Of a stretch of DNA of 64,000 nucleotides, positions 48,801 through 61,499 are shown piece by piece. The stretch comes from Sphagnum compactum. Its lineage: Eukaryota. Position 1 is the first letter of the stretch, and the number at the start of each line of letters is the position of its first letter. The notes beneath the pieces were generated by a model, which saw nothing but the letters and a program-made list of their open reading frames with translations, ran no database searches and was not told where the DNA came from. The DNA lies in the NCBI GenBank assembly GCA_965153455.1, contig OZ234493.1, forward strand, positions 28,200,213 through 28,264,212, in the 5' to 3' direction. The translations under genes were made by a program, and so were the position numbers.

Positions 48801-49483
48801 CACCATAAGATCAAGGTGAGGAATCGTTAAGGATATGGAGGATTTTGTTTAGATTGAAATCTTGAAGTTTTAGTTGAAGCTCTAGGATTTTGGGTTTATG
48901 ATGGCATTGGTCATTGGTTATTCATGAATGATGGCATTTTTTACGGAATATCCTACTTCAAAGTCCTCTACAAAGTTGGATATTAGAATAATTGTCAATT
49001 ATTAATAGTGAAGGCTTGGGAGGTTGGTTGTTAAAGCTTGGAACATTGGAAATTGTTACGTTCACTTGTTCAATGTTTTTATTCAATATTGAAGTGTAAT
49101 TGGTAACCTTAAACCCTAAATAACAATCAAATTGTAGAAAGGCACAAACTGGATTCCTGAACGTTTTTCCTATGTTTCCATTTTTTGAATTTTTTGAGTT
49201 CAAGCTTTTAAACTTTCTGACACTTGTTTGTGTTCGTTTTCATCTTCGTGTCTTTGTATTTTATTTTTTGTTGTTCAAGCATAATGTTTAAGCTTTCATT
49301 GAAGCTACAACCCCCTAAAAACTTCAAGTACAAGTACTTGTTTGGTGACATATTCCTTCAAGGGGATGGTGCTTTTAGTATCCATTCTATTGATCACAAT
49401 GATGTTCTTACTGAAGTCATTTCTAATGTGGAACCTCATTATGTGAATGTGGACCCGGTTCTAGCACAAGATAATGAATTGAA

Positions 49484-51600
49484 TTGACCAAGAAACGAAA
49501 GAAAACCTATGAATTGAATAGGCATTTTAAAAATAGTACTTGGGCAATCAAGCTTTTTTGGGCTAGGTCAATTCTAGGTTCCGATAGGAAAGTTGCTCAG
49601 GTTCAATGCAAGGTATGCACCCTAATTGAAAACAAAAAGAAGGTTTTTGTTCCCAAGCTTGATTTTTTTGGGAAACATGCAAGTCAATGCAAGGCTTTGG
49701 TAGTGATGTTGGGGGTAAAGGTGGGGGAACACTACTTCTTGAAAATCATGCCCATGTTGTTAATGAAAAGCTATATGTTCAAATGGTCTTGAAAAAATGT
49801 TGTAGCAAGTCATTCACGGTGCAACTTAAGTTCTTGATAGGAAGGAAAAGATTGTGCAATTTTCCCTAATTTTTCACTTGTCTAGTTTGGTTGCCCCATG
49901 ATAGAATACAAGACAATGCAAAACTTATTTATGCAACTAAAAATTCCTGACAATCCCATGAAACATTGGTATGATGGGTCTAGGTGGGAGATGGTAGATT
50001 ACATGTGTGAGCAAGTTTTGAAAAGAATTCAAATTGCTATTATGACAAACTTTCTTTCTTTAAATGCAAACAAAGTTAATATTGTTGATAATCAATCTCA
50101 ACACTCAATACATGTGTATGTGATGCATGCATGGAAAATAATTCCTACTCTCTTCACATTTCAACATTTTGTTAAAGGTGGAAATGCAAATGATCTTACT
50201 ACTATGATTGTTCAATCCTTCATGCAACAAAGGGGTTTGCCTAAAAAGGAGACATCCACAAGGCTCATTTGTTTTGGTGCCAATAGGGCCTTCCTTTTGC
50301 AAGGTTGCTACATTAGAATGACATTTCAAATGAAAGAAAAACATGTTCTTTACATGATGAGACAACATTGCATGGCCCATAAGATGAATCTCAATGTTCA
50401 AGTTTTGTCAAATTTGCCCATGGTGGTTAAGTTGGAAGATTTATTGTAGTCATGATATTTTTATTTCTCCAACTCCTTTGAGCAACATTTGAACTTCACT
50501 AAACTTGTAAAGATCATGGAAACATAGGGGCTAAAGATTTTGCAAAATGTGAAGATTTCGTAAATGAACATGTTGAAACCTTTGAAGTGTGTGGTGGTAG
50601 AATATAAGACATTTATTGTCAAGATGTGACATGACATTGTTTATGTTGTTAAAGCAAGGTTGAATCTATACCTCCTTTGTGAGTTTCACATGTTGATGGA
50701 CTTGTCTTGTTTCTTGCCATTGTTGGAGGTAGTCAATGTTTTGATCAAGTTTGTGCATGGGAGATGTGTTCATATGTGATTTTGTAGTAATTGTAAAAGT
50801 TTGCCAATCATATCTTTTTATGATGCATTTAGACCCAATGAATAAATACACATGTGAACATTTCCAAGTGTTTTCAAATGTGGTGGAAAACAATTCCACC
50901 ACACACCCAAGATTGGGTTACTGACCTCAACAATGATATGGAAACATTTTCTTTTCATATGGCTAGTCATAACTATTTAGTTCACATTTTCACTCCATTT
51001 ATTGGGGTTAACTAACTTGTGTGTAAGGATGTTTTTGAAACATCCATCATATAAGTGAAAGGTCAATGTTATATTACAACCAATATGCTCATCAATGAAT
51101 TGAATCAATGTTTTGTGGATTCTAAGTTGATGAATGCCCTTGGCATTGTATATCCACAATTTTTGATGTAGCTTGACGTTGAATTATTTTTCCCCGTACA
51201 TTTCACTATTATGAAATTAATTTATTGTGAAACAAAGAGGTTGGAACCTTTAAATGCCAACCTTCTGGATTTGCAAATGTAAGCTCACCATGAAGATGCA
51301 TGTGCCAAAGGCCATGATTGAACTATTTGATATTAATCCAGTGACCAAGTTGTGGGTCACAATCAACAACAATGGCTTACTCACTCAACGGCTAAGTGAA
51401 TACTTAAAGTTGGTTGAGAATGTAGTGGTGTCAGTGTTCAAATGTGTAAAAGATGAGCAAACTTTCTTCACACTTGCATTCATGAAAGATAAGTTGTGCA
51501 ACCAGTTATGTCCACATTTTAACACAATTGTTTACATGTCTGCACAATAGTTTCATACTCAAAATAACTTCATTGATCAAGAGGCTATTACAACTTGAAA
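49484..51600 (+). mobile_element. hAT-superfamily transposase relic (ZNF862/KIAA1586-like)
   Basis: N-terminal zinc-finger-like W..K..W....CKVC; core ...FGANRA (FGADGA)...HCMAHKMNL (hAT CxxH); C-terminal dimerisation VKDEQTFFTLAFMKDKLCNQL (ER.FS.L...K..LRN.L). Many stops and frameshifts over about 2.1 kb. Confidence 0.88.
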
Positions 51601-53869
51601 GGATCAAAAAAATTGTATTGGGGTTGCCACTTGGCGGGTTCTATTCTTCTCATAACCCAACCATCAAGTGTTCTTGTTTTCACAATCTAAATAAGTTTGG
51701 TGAATTGTGATTGTGTTTGGTTCTTATGAGGTTTACTAACATTTGGGCGTGATGGGTGAGACTTTAAGTTGCATTGAACAAAGTTTAATATCATATTAGA
51801 GTTTAACTCCCTCTCAAAGTGTTTGTGTTTAGTTTGTAAGCTTGAAGTTTTAATCTTGAATGCATCAACATGTCACTCACTTGTTGTGTTTGTTTCTCCT
51901 TCCTTTTCAGGAACGAAGCCACATTCTCCACTGGTTTTTTTGGTGGGTGCCAGTTAAACTTGAAAATTTTTGGTGGGCACCACTTGAAATTACTTCTTTA
52001 AAAAATGAATAGTCACTTTGGGCTATTTTAAAATATCCATGTTTGCTGGAAAAATGACTCAACAAATGATCAAGAAGCAACCTAATCCTCTGTCAATGCA
52101 AAAACTACATAAGAAGCCAGTTAGGCATATCGAAGGGCTGTCCTATTCCCACTTGCGCACATTTTACATTTTATAAAAGAAAGCCCCGGTCCTGCCCAAC
52201 ACTGGAATCTGGATCTTACTGTTGCTATTTATCCAATCTTGGTCAGCTCCTAGAATCTGATACTTACATATTTATCCACCATAACAACTACTCTTCAATG
52301 CTAGAAGTGTTACTTAAATCAGTGAAGAAAGTGGGAGTTAATTGAGAATGATCTTATATACTGCGTTTGATTCAATCTCATGTTGACAGTTAAGTAGCTG
52401 CTGGGGTGATGTTGGGGTATGTATGGGTTCAATTACATATTAAACATTCTTCGTTGTAAATGCATTATGCAAAGGCATTTCAGTTTTCAACTTTGAATGG
52501 ACCATTCAACTCTCTGTTTCAAAGCCAAGCCTGTCCATATGACAAAGAAAACCCATCAAACCTAATTCTAATTCTATCAGCAGAAGACGACGACAATTGG
52601 TGTGCATATCTAGAGAGAATCAGATCGGTTCTCCACCAAAAGCAAGCACAATTCAATCTTTGCCTACTACTATTGCTACTTATTGTTCTTTTGCAGTCTT
52701 GATTGACTGTGAAATACAAGTTAAAATGGGATAATGAGGTTTGTAGTACATACCAGAGTGATGCGGAGGGCATTTTAATTTTCTTAATAACAACCCATAG
52801 TTCCAATTTTTTGAATTTTAAGATCAGTTCTGGTTTTTCTCAAAATACAATTCTAGATTAAAAGAACATCCAGTTTCAAAAACTCAAAGACTTTGTGATT
52901 TTTGTGAAAGAACTTGAAAAGACCCACAGGTTTCTTCTGTTTGTTGTTCTTTCACTGCTATTTGAGAATGGCACAAAAAAACCAGATTGGGTTCTCTGAT
53001 TTTCTGAGAATGGTAACCAGTGGGATTTGGTGCCATTTCTGATACCGCACAACACTGATATATACTGCATGGCAATGCACATGAGTCGATGAAAGCCAAA
53101 GGAGGTGAGGTACAATATGCCATTGGGTGAACCAGCACTCATACTGGTACCTCCACCTTTTTGAGTGAGGCTTATTAGTGGCCATATTAAGCCCAAAAAA
53201 TGTTAGATTGGATTCAGGATCCCTGATTTAGACCAAGCGTGGCATATTTGTAATATTGAGAAGCAATTTTAATGGATTTTGGCGTTTTTACTATGGTACC
53301 AATGTGGGTGCGGTGCTGGTTCATCCTGGCTCCTTGCCAAGGGGTGCTGTGTGCCATAGTTACACACAGTTTACAGATTTGACACTACTAATAAGTTTTA
53401 GAGAGATATGTTTTGAACTCTCAAGAACTTGCAAAGACCTTAGCTCCCCCACAATTTCAGCTGTCATTTTGAGTAGGGAAGAAACTAAAGATTGAGCTTT
53501 GTTGAACCATAGTCTTTCAAACTACTGTCTTCTTTGCATAGCACCAACTGTATAGGGTACATCCTGGACTCTGGTGTAACTCTTTGCAACTTGTTCCATC
53601 TTCCTTACCTGCCCATGTCATTGGGTTGTTGCTAATTCTTTCAGTTTTCAGCAAACTCCTCTTGATTGTTGCACAGTTATTTGTTCCCAATTCATTTGGG
53701 AGGTTATTTCCCAGTGTTGGGTGGTTCTCTCCTTTTCCCCAAAAGAACTGATGGGTAAGGGTCAAGTACATGGAACCTCGATTGGTGGTTTTCAAAAATC
53801 AAAGAACCAGGTTTAGTGGGATCCAGTGGTTGCCAGATTGTTAAGAATTGACAATTGAACCAAAGGGGG

Positions 53870-54549
53870 TGACATGCCCTTTTAGATGGACTCTCATCTG
53901 AGAGGATTCATCTAGTCGGGGCTCTAGTTTAGACAATTGGGGGGCAACCCTTATGATAGCTTGGGTTGTGAGTTTAAGTGTTGGGCTGGGTTCCACTTTC
54001 GATTTGATAGCATTCATGAGTCGCATAAGTGCTGACGAGTGAGGGTTCACAGAAAAGGGCCCAAGGAAATGTCCTCAACGGTTTCTTGAACTAAATTCTT
54101 GAACTAAATACAAGTCTATGATTAGGCTGTGAGACGGGTGATGATAATCCTAGGCAACAAGGCTTTGAATCACTTGAGAAATTTGTATCGAGTTGAATCC
54201 CACCGGTTTAGAGATCAAGGCTAGTACAGGGTTACAAGACAAGTCTGAATACTGGAACTCACCAAGTGTCTGGCTTGCCATGTGCATGTTGTTTAGTGAT
54301 GAACATGAGCAAAGGTGTGGATGTAAGGGCGTCAAGGCGAATCTAAGTGCGGTAGGGGGGTTCTCATTTTGAATTTTTTTTTGAGAGCCTGACCTATTGT
54401 GAGAGAAAACCAGGGGTGGATAAGCATAGATGTCCTTGCTGGTTATATGCAAGGGCAGCTGGGTCTTCTACGGTCACTTTTTGTGAGTTGGATCATCAAC
54501 TAGCCCAGCCCCCGTTCATGGAGTGCATCATGTGATTCTGGCGGTGTCA
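53870..54549 (+). mobile_element. LTR-like sequence (~680 bp) preceded by a PPT-like tract
   Basis: It begins TGACATGCC immediately after AAAGGGGG and ends GGCGGTGTCA (TGACA/TGTCA inverted ends), and is GC-richer than its flanks. There is no matching TSD (GGGGG versus TATGG). Confidence 0.5.
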
Positions 54550-56478
54550 TATGGACAAAGAAATGGTAAGATTTGTTGGTTATACCACTTGAGAATTGCA
54601 CACTTGTAAGTGAATGAGTGGATTGAAAGTCATAGTTCATCCTCAAAATACAATAATATGTGCAATTTTTGTAGTTTTGTACCCAATTCACTGGTAAATT
54701 CTTAGTTCTTTGACTCATTCCATACCCACATACCCCAGTTTCATGACCCCCTGTTAAATAAACGAAATAATCAACAATCGATTTAACTAACTTTTGAAAC
54801 TATTTTTTTGCAAATATCTGTTACTAGAGGTTCTATTCTATTATTTTCAAAAAAATTAAAATACCCATGATCAACGGGTTTTATAATCCTTTAAGAAGAA
54901 AAACCCATCCATCAAAAGTACAAGGCAAATGAGAACACAACTAGAAAAAACAAAAGCAAACAATCAACAAAAATGAGGTAAAGGCCTTATGCAAAGAGGA
55001 CTCTAGACTACCAAATGACAATCAACTTAAAAGAACCTGAAGCAACAGAGGTTCCATCTCAAAAGTGAGAACAGCCCAACACTGGTTTGTTTCCCAGACA
55101 TATTTGACCCATATGTTTTACTTCCATTCTATATTTGTCATGGGGAGTCATACTGATGTGAATATTAGGACTCAATTATGCAATGCAGATTTCTTCGCTG
55201 CGGATGTCAGCCTGCATTGCATGACCAAAGAAAGAATTGTGGTGTAAGTAGAAAGCACGAGCAAGTTAATTATATACATGTTCTTTTAAGACCCTTTTCT
55301 TTTTCTTTCTTTTGGAACTTTGCTAGTGACTAAGGAGGAAGACAATTCCCAGATAAGTTTTGACCTGATTTGTAGGCCTACCTTATTCTACCCCTGGAGA
55401 TTCTCAACTCATGATTTAAGCACTTCCTGGAGAGGATGGTTGATGGGACGAAGACTTATGCAATCAATTTTGATTTATGGGTCATGACAGATTAGATCAT
55501 TCTGATTTCTCTCTTAATTTCCTATAAATTATCAAACCGTCAACTTTTCATTTCCAAACACCATCCACACTGGTACCAAACAAAGCAAAGAAGAAAACTT
55601 AGTTACCTCAACACAATTGCAATATCATTCATATATTGTGAATTGTGGAGGTCCATGATGAGCATCCTTTGAAAATCAACGCAACAATATCTTGACAACA
55701 ACTCAAACTCATCTGGATATCAACACATCAGACACAACACTTATGCCGAACATCGTCAAAACACCCAATCACCATTATAATGTCGTCGAACATAACTTGC
55801 AACAATCAAATCATCAAAAAGCAGAACAAACTATCCACAAGAACACCTCCTCCTTTTAACATCAACTACCACACTTTCGTTGTCTACCACTTTCAATGGT
55901 TGACAACACTATTACATTCAATTAGGGTTTCATTAACCCTAATTCTATAGCACAAAAAAACATCTACAACTATCAAAATAAACATAGCGATTTCAATTTT
56001 ACCTACACTCATTTAAAAAATTTAAAGAAAAAAATCATTTGAAATTCAACTCAAATTGAAGCTCATTTTTTGGACATTTTGTCGATTAGTTATAAATTTT
56101 ATTATAAAACAAATTGTAAGAGCTTCTCAAATTGTGAGTAGGCTCCCCTTTGAATTGTGGGGCTTAACAGCTCAAATCTTCATCAAAGATGGGCTTTTGG
56201 TATGGTCAAAACAAGAATCTTAATATCATGAAGAGGTTTTAATATGATCAAATGAAGATCCTGAAATAAATGAACTCCAAAAATCACATGGTGCTCAAAT
56301 TGACATCCTAAAGCTCGCTTTTAATATTGTGAAATTAGGATCTTAATACCAACTTCACAGCCACTAATCCTATTGTGTTGTTTTAAGACTAACCTTAAAT
56401 TGGTGAGTATTTGTAAGTGTAGGGTAAAGCCCTAATTGGGTGGGGGAGCATTCCCAAAATAAGTGGTCATCGGGTAAA

Positions 56479-56683
56479 AGGTGCATTCACACGTGGTGTT
56501 AGGGACTCTAGGGTTGAGTCCCGTAACACCATGCTAGCCATTTACAACTTAAACCCATTTGCCCATGAAATTTTATGTTAAGCTAGCATTCATTTAACAT
56601 CAAGCTATAGCCCATTTAACATTGGGTGCCATGTAGATTTTCATTTAACACTGACTAAACAAACATCAAGTGTGAATGAACCA
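56479..56683. mobile_element. MITE copy 1 (TIR GGTGCATTCACAC / GTGTGAATGAACC)
   Basis: 13-bp terminal inverted repeat with one mismatch and TAA/AAA-type flanks. The interior is homologous to 56846-57061. Confidence 0.85.
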
Positions 56684-56845
56684 TAAGTATATGCTAGGCA
56701 TTTGGTCGCTATTTGGTAGGTAGATGCATGTGGGATGGTTAGTGGTAGGCTCATGGACGAGGTCCTTACCAGAATAAAGTGCCTACCCAAGGCAGCAGCC
56801 AAATACACTGCAAAATCCGGGCAAGCTCATTATGTACATAGCTAA

Positions 56846-57061
56846 AGGTGCGTTTACACTTGGTGTTAAGGACTCTAGTATTAACTCCCCTAACACCAAG
56901 CTAGTCATTTAGAACCTAAACCTATTTATCAAAAAAAGATTTTATATTAAGTTAAACATTCACTTAATAATAAACAATCGCCCATTTAACATTGGGTGCC
57001 ACCTAAGATGCCACCTAGATTTTCACTTAACACTGACTTAACATTAGGTGTGAATGCACCT
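56846..57061. mobile_element. MITE copy 2 (TIR AGGTGCGTTTACAC / GTGTGAATGCACCT)
   Basis: 14-bp terminal inverted repeat with two mismatches, flanks TAA/TAC, same orientation and internal sequence as copy 1. Confidence 0.85.
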
Positions 57062-58133
57062 TACTCACCATGGCTAATTGTGAAACAGGAATCAGATGAA
57101 AAGTGTGTTCTTGTGCACACACCATCCATCCATCCATCCATCCATCCTGCACCGTGCACTGGTGGGTGCTGCTGGGGTGCTGCTGGTTCACTCGCACCCA
57201 CAAAAAGCACTCACTCTTCCACAGCTGCTGCACATTTTGACTGAAGAGTTTGCTTTGCTTCAAAGTTCCATGAGTTATCAAATATCTTAAAGGATCTTGA
57301 ACTTCAATCAAGAAAGAGAGGCCAGTGCACAAACTCCATTGAGAGCCTGAACAAAAGGAAGAGGTAGAAGAAGATGCCTACCAGAGCTCTGAAAGTATGT
57401 AATATCTGAGACTCAGTATAGATTGTAAGTAAAAAGTCAAGATGAATTCATCTAATCCCTTCTCTGGTAGGACTCACTGTGAAGCAAAGTACTGTCAAGC
57501 ATCTGCAATGAATACAGTCAGGTCTCTCTCAATTTTTTCCATTGGTGGCTGGGCTTTGGTCATGAAATGGTCAACAACACCTCAGTACAAATGGTTGGAT
57601 AGATCATAAGCTTCCCCAAAGACCTACTAGCTATGTACTCCATTTTTGCTGGATTTTGCAGGCTTTACAGTTTAAAGGAGGACAAATTTCAGCCCTGCAG
57701 AGACTACTCACAAAAGTGCACGAGAGTCCACATGAATGTCAGATCCACTGTTTGAATCCACACATGTTCATCTCATTGGGGAGGATGGAGGTGCAAGTTG
57801 TGGGTCCCCCCCTGCTGCCTAACAGATCATGGCCAAATCACCAATTTCCTGTAAGTTATTCCCAAATTTGAGTTTGGGGTGGAGGACCTACCTGCATGTG
57901 CCACAAATTTCTACATTCTATCTATTCTTGGTCACAATTAGGGCAGAGAGAAGTAGTGCATGGAGAGTTGAGAACATTTCATCGTTGGTTAGTTTGTGTA
58001 AGATGATGAAGAATGATGGAAAGTTGGAAATAATGTTTGTGATAAACTAAGAATTATTTTTTTGGTATCAATCTCTTTGATCAGAAAGTGAAACATCTCC
58101 AAGAAACTGAGAATTGATCTCCAAGTTTCACTA

Positions 58134-58344
58134 AAATGGTCAACAAGTGAATTACAATAACCATTCCAATCGAAAAAACACCCAAATTACAATTCATTTG
58201 ATATTTTTGTTAGTTTGTCTCAACAGAAAATATCAACAGTGAAATGGTCAAGAAGTGCATTACAAGAACCATTCCAATAGAGAAACACCCAAATTACAGT
58301 TCATTTGATATTGTGTTAGTTTGTCCCAAAAGAAAATATCAACA
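58134..58344. repeat. ~108-bp direct tandem duplication
   Basis: aaatggtcaa(c/g)aagtg(a/c)attacaa...cacccaaattaca(a/g)ttcatttgata...agaaaatatcaaca occurs twice with scattered substitutions. Confidence 0.9.
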
Positions 58345-61300
58345 AAACAAACTAGGTTGCATAAACAAGAAACAAATTGCAAGGCATCATTGCCCCAAGG
58401 AAAATGTGAGGACTTCTCCTGGCAATATCCTAAGGTGAATGAAAACAAGGAGGATGGTTGTTCCATCGGGGTGGAAGTTCCAAGGTGTGAAAGAGCATGG
58501 TATGAGAACTACAAGGCAATTTTCTAAAGGGTAGCAGCATATGAAGGAAAAGGATTTCCATTTTGTGTTGAACAAATGAAGGGACATAGATGTTTGTCTG
58601 TTCCTGGATGCAATGGGAAGACATCAAGATTGCTAGTAGTATCGTCATTCAAGCTGCAACAAGCTTGTGAAAGTCCAGGCTTCATGTCAAAACCACTGCA
58701 ATATTTTATTTTTCTTCACCCAAACATTCTTGGAGAGATGCAAGGCTTCTCTCCAGCCCGATCAGACATATGTTTGACATTATCGGTATGCTTCTGAACA
58801 GACCATATAATTGCTGCATGAGGCTCGATCAATATGTTCAGACACCATAGGTCATGCTGGACTGCCCACTTGTATATGCAGACTGGATGCCTAATGTCTT
58901 TCAGAAGCAGATCATAGCCATTGATTGGAGTACGGCACTTGGACTTTCACTTGAAAAAAATCTGCAAATATGCATCATGTAACTGTTGAACACAGTACAT
59001 TATTGGCAATATTCTTCACGGTAAACATGATATTCAGCAACTCAGACACATACTTAGCTGTGTTGCAAGCAGCATCCAAGAAATCTTCTAAGGAAACAGG
59101 AGTTCAAATCCCTAGTAAGAGGACATAAAAGTCTTACTAGACTATGTTCGTAGTGTGTCAAGTATTTTGGGTCCTCACAGTTTTCCAGCCTCCATATAGC
59201 TCACTTTATCTGGACTCCTATGCAGCTTACTTACAAGTAACATTAGACAAGAAAACAGTTTCTACAGCTCCCTTACAATTGCATTCTCTACCACAACTTA
59301 CCTGGAAAAGATCTGAAGAAAAGCAAATCCCCCCCAACTTAGACCTGGCTGGGCTCCATGAAGTGCAAAATGAGCAATGTTTTAATATCAAAGTCTTCTG
59401 GCATTGAATTTTACAGCATGTGCAAGGATGAAGATTGGTAACAGGAACAAAAAACATGTATCTTTAACCTTGTGCAACTGATCATGTATCTTACCAGCCT
59501 TTAGTCTTGGCCAACTGATCAAATTCAAATTTTATTACAGACTCACTCGATTTGCTTGGCTGGCTGCACATTCAGATATGTCCTCACTTGCTTGCCTTAC
59601 TTGATGCACATTCAGCTGTAGTCTGTACTTGAGATCACCCCACAAATTTTGCATCATAAATTCAATAATTCTAGTCCTATGATGTTCTAAACAAAAAGCA
59701 GTAAAAAATGTTGAAAGTCCCCCTGCTTGTGGAACATATGGTCTGAGACAGCTCAGATTCCGATCATGACTATTCTTCCACAACAAACTGCAAACCAAAC
59801 TGAATAAAATCCCTCCTTGCCTGCAAAGCTGACAGTACCTCAATTGACAGACTCTGAGGGGTTTAGGCCATATTTAACTATATGTGCTCTAGGGGTCTGC
59901 AATAGCAAAATCTATGTTCAGTATGAGACATCATTCTACATAACCAGGCGCCATTGGTCTTAAGAGCAGGTTTAATTATAACCATTACAACCCCTGTTTT
60001 GAATCTGTCATTTTGTGAACAGAGAGCTAGAGAGTAGTTTGTGATTAATCATACCTGGAGAGAACACAATACTTGACATCCCAGACCCTCCAATGCAGAA
60101 AAAGGACATGAATCACTAATTATTGGGGAAAAGCCATAAACTCAGGAAGATGATAGCTGTGTCGATGTTGTTCCTCACCTCCTTCCCCCTCAATACAAAA
60201 GTTGGAGTGCCTGCAAGATAAGTGAACATGCAAAAGACTGCTAATCATGACTCCAGAATCTTCAGAAGCAACTGGAGCTCTTGTCAAAGAACAGAAGGCA
60301 CAAGCCAAACCACACCATGAAAACAACAATGCAATGAAAAAGTGAAAAACCCTCCAAATACACCAGCAGGGAGGGATCCTTGATCCTTGGGTCAATGTCT
60401 TGCACAGTTCAGTAAACGTAGTGTCAGCTGATGAAGTGTGAAAGAACTAAAGCATTAAGCAAATACCTTGAAGGGCCAAGGAACCAAAGTGTTGTTAGCA
60501 AGGACGTGGCATCACAGTGGTCAGCATGTGATGAGTCAATGGCAGGGGTCAGAAGAGGGTATTTGCTTCACCTATCAAAAGTCAGTACCACAACCAGCAA
60601 GCACAGCCCAAAAAGTGTAAACTAAGCTCACTTCTCAACATCCACAAAGGCTCATTTCTGTGTGAGTATATGCCAGATTCCCCTTTCTAGACACCCATGA
60701 CTATCATTAGTTGCCACATATCACTACATTCTGGTGCTTGGTCATCGTTTGCAAAGGTGCAATCTAGAACAGCACCAAGATGAATACAAAGGGTAAACAG
60801 CCATATAGGCAAAAGACAACTGCGCAGAGGAACCTACCTAGACAAAAATAAACCTCATATCCTTTGGATTTGAGATTCATTCCACATGAGAAACTCTCAG
60901 TTAACCCCACCAATGATCAAAATTTTTTAAACATGCATTTCATCCTGGTAAATCCTATTCTAAGTGTCAAGCTTATGCTACCACACTTACATCTCCTCAA
61001 TGTAGAACTTGAATGATAATGACAAACTGCAAGCTGCAATCAGCCCAGCAATAAGATGATCTATAAGCCTACAACCAAACTACTCTTGTTAGTAGAACTG
61101 TAATTAGGAGGGAAAACCCCAGTTTTCCTCCTATGGTGCCATCCTTGTGAGGAGTGGCTCTTACTAACCCTAACATTGGCTTGCATCTTTCTTAAATACA
61201 AATATGCATCAGTAGCACGTCCTATGAATAAACTCATTACTCACAGCTTTCAACCCATGAGACCCAATCAGCCTCAAAAAGCCAAGAAGCATGTCATACA

Positions 61301-61499
61301 ACTCTATGGCTGGTCCCTAACTCTGGGCACTACACACTTGGTGATTGGTACTACACAAGATGGCACTGAAATGCAATAGCAGATTGTTGTTGAAAGTCCA
61401 AAGGTAGGATCTAGTTAGCACCTTTATCATGACTTGTCATATTGCTGCTAGTATGGAGAGAGCCTTCAAACTATGAGTTGTTCTGATGTGGTGTAAAAA

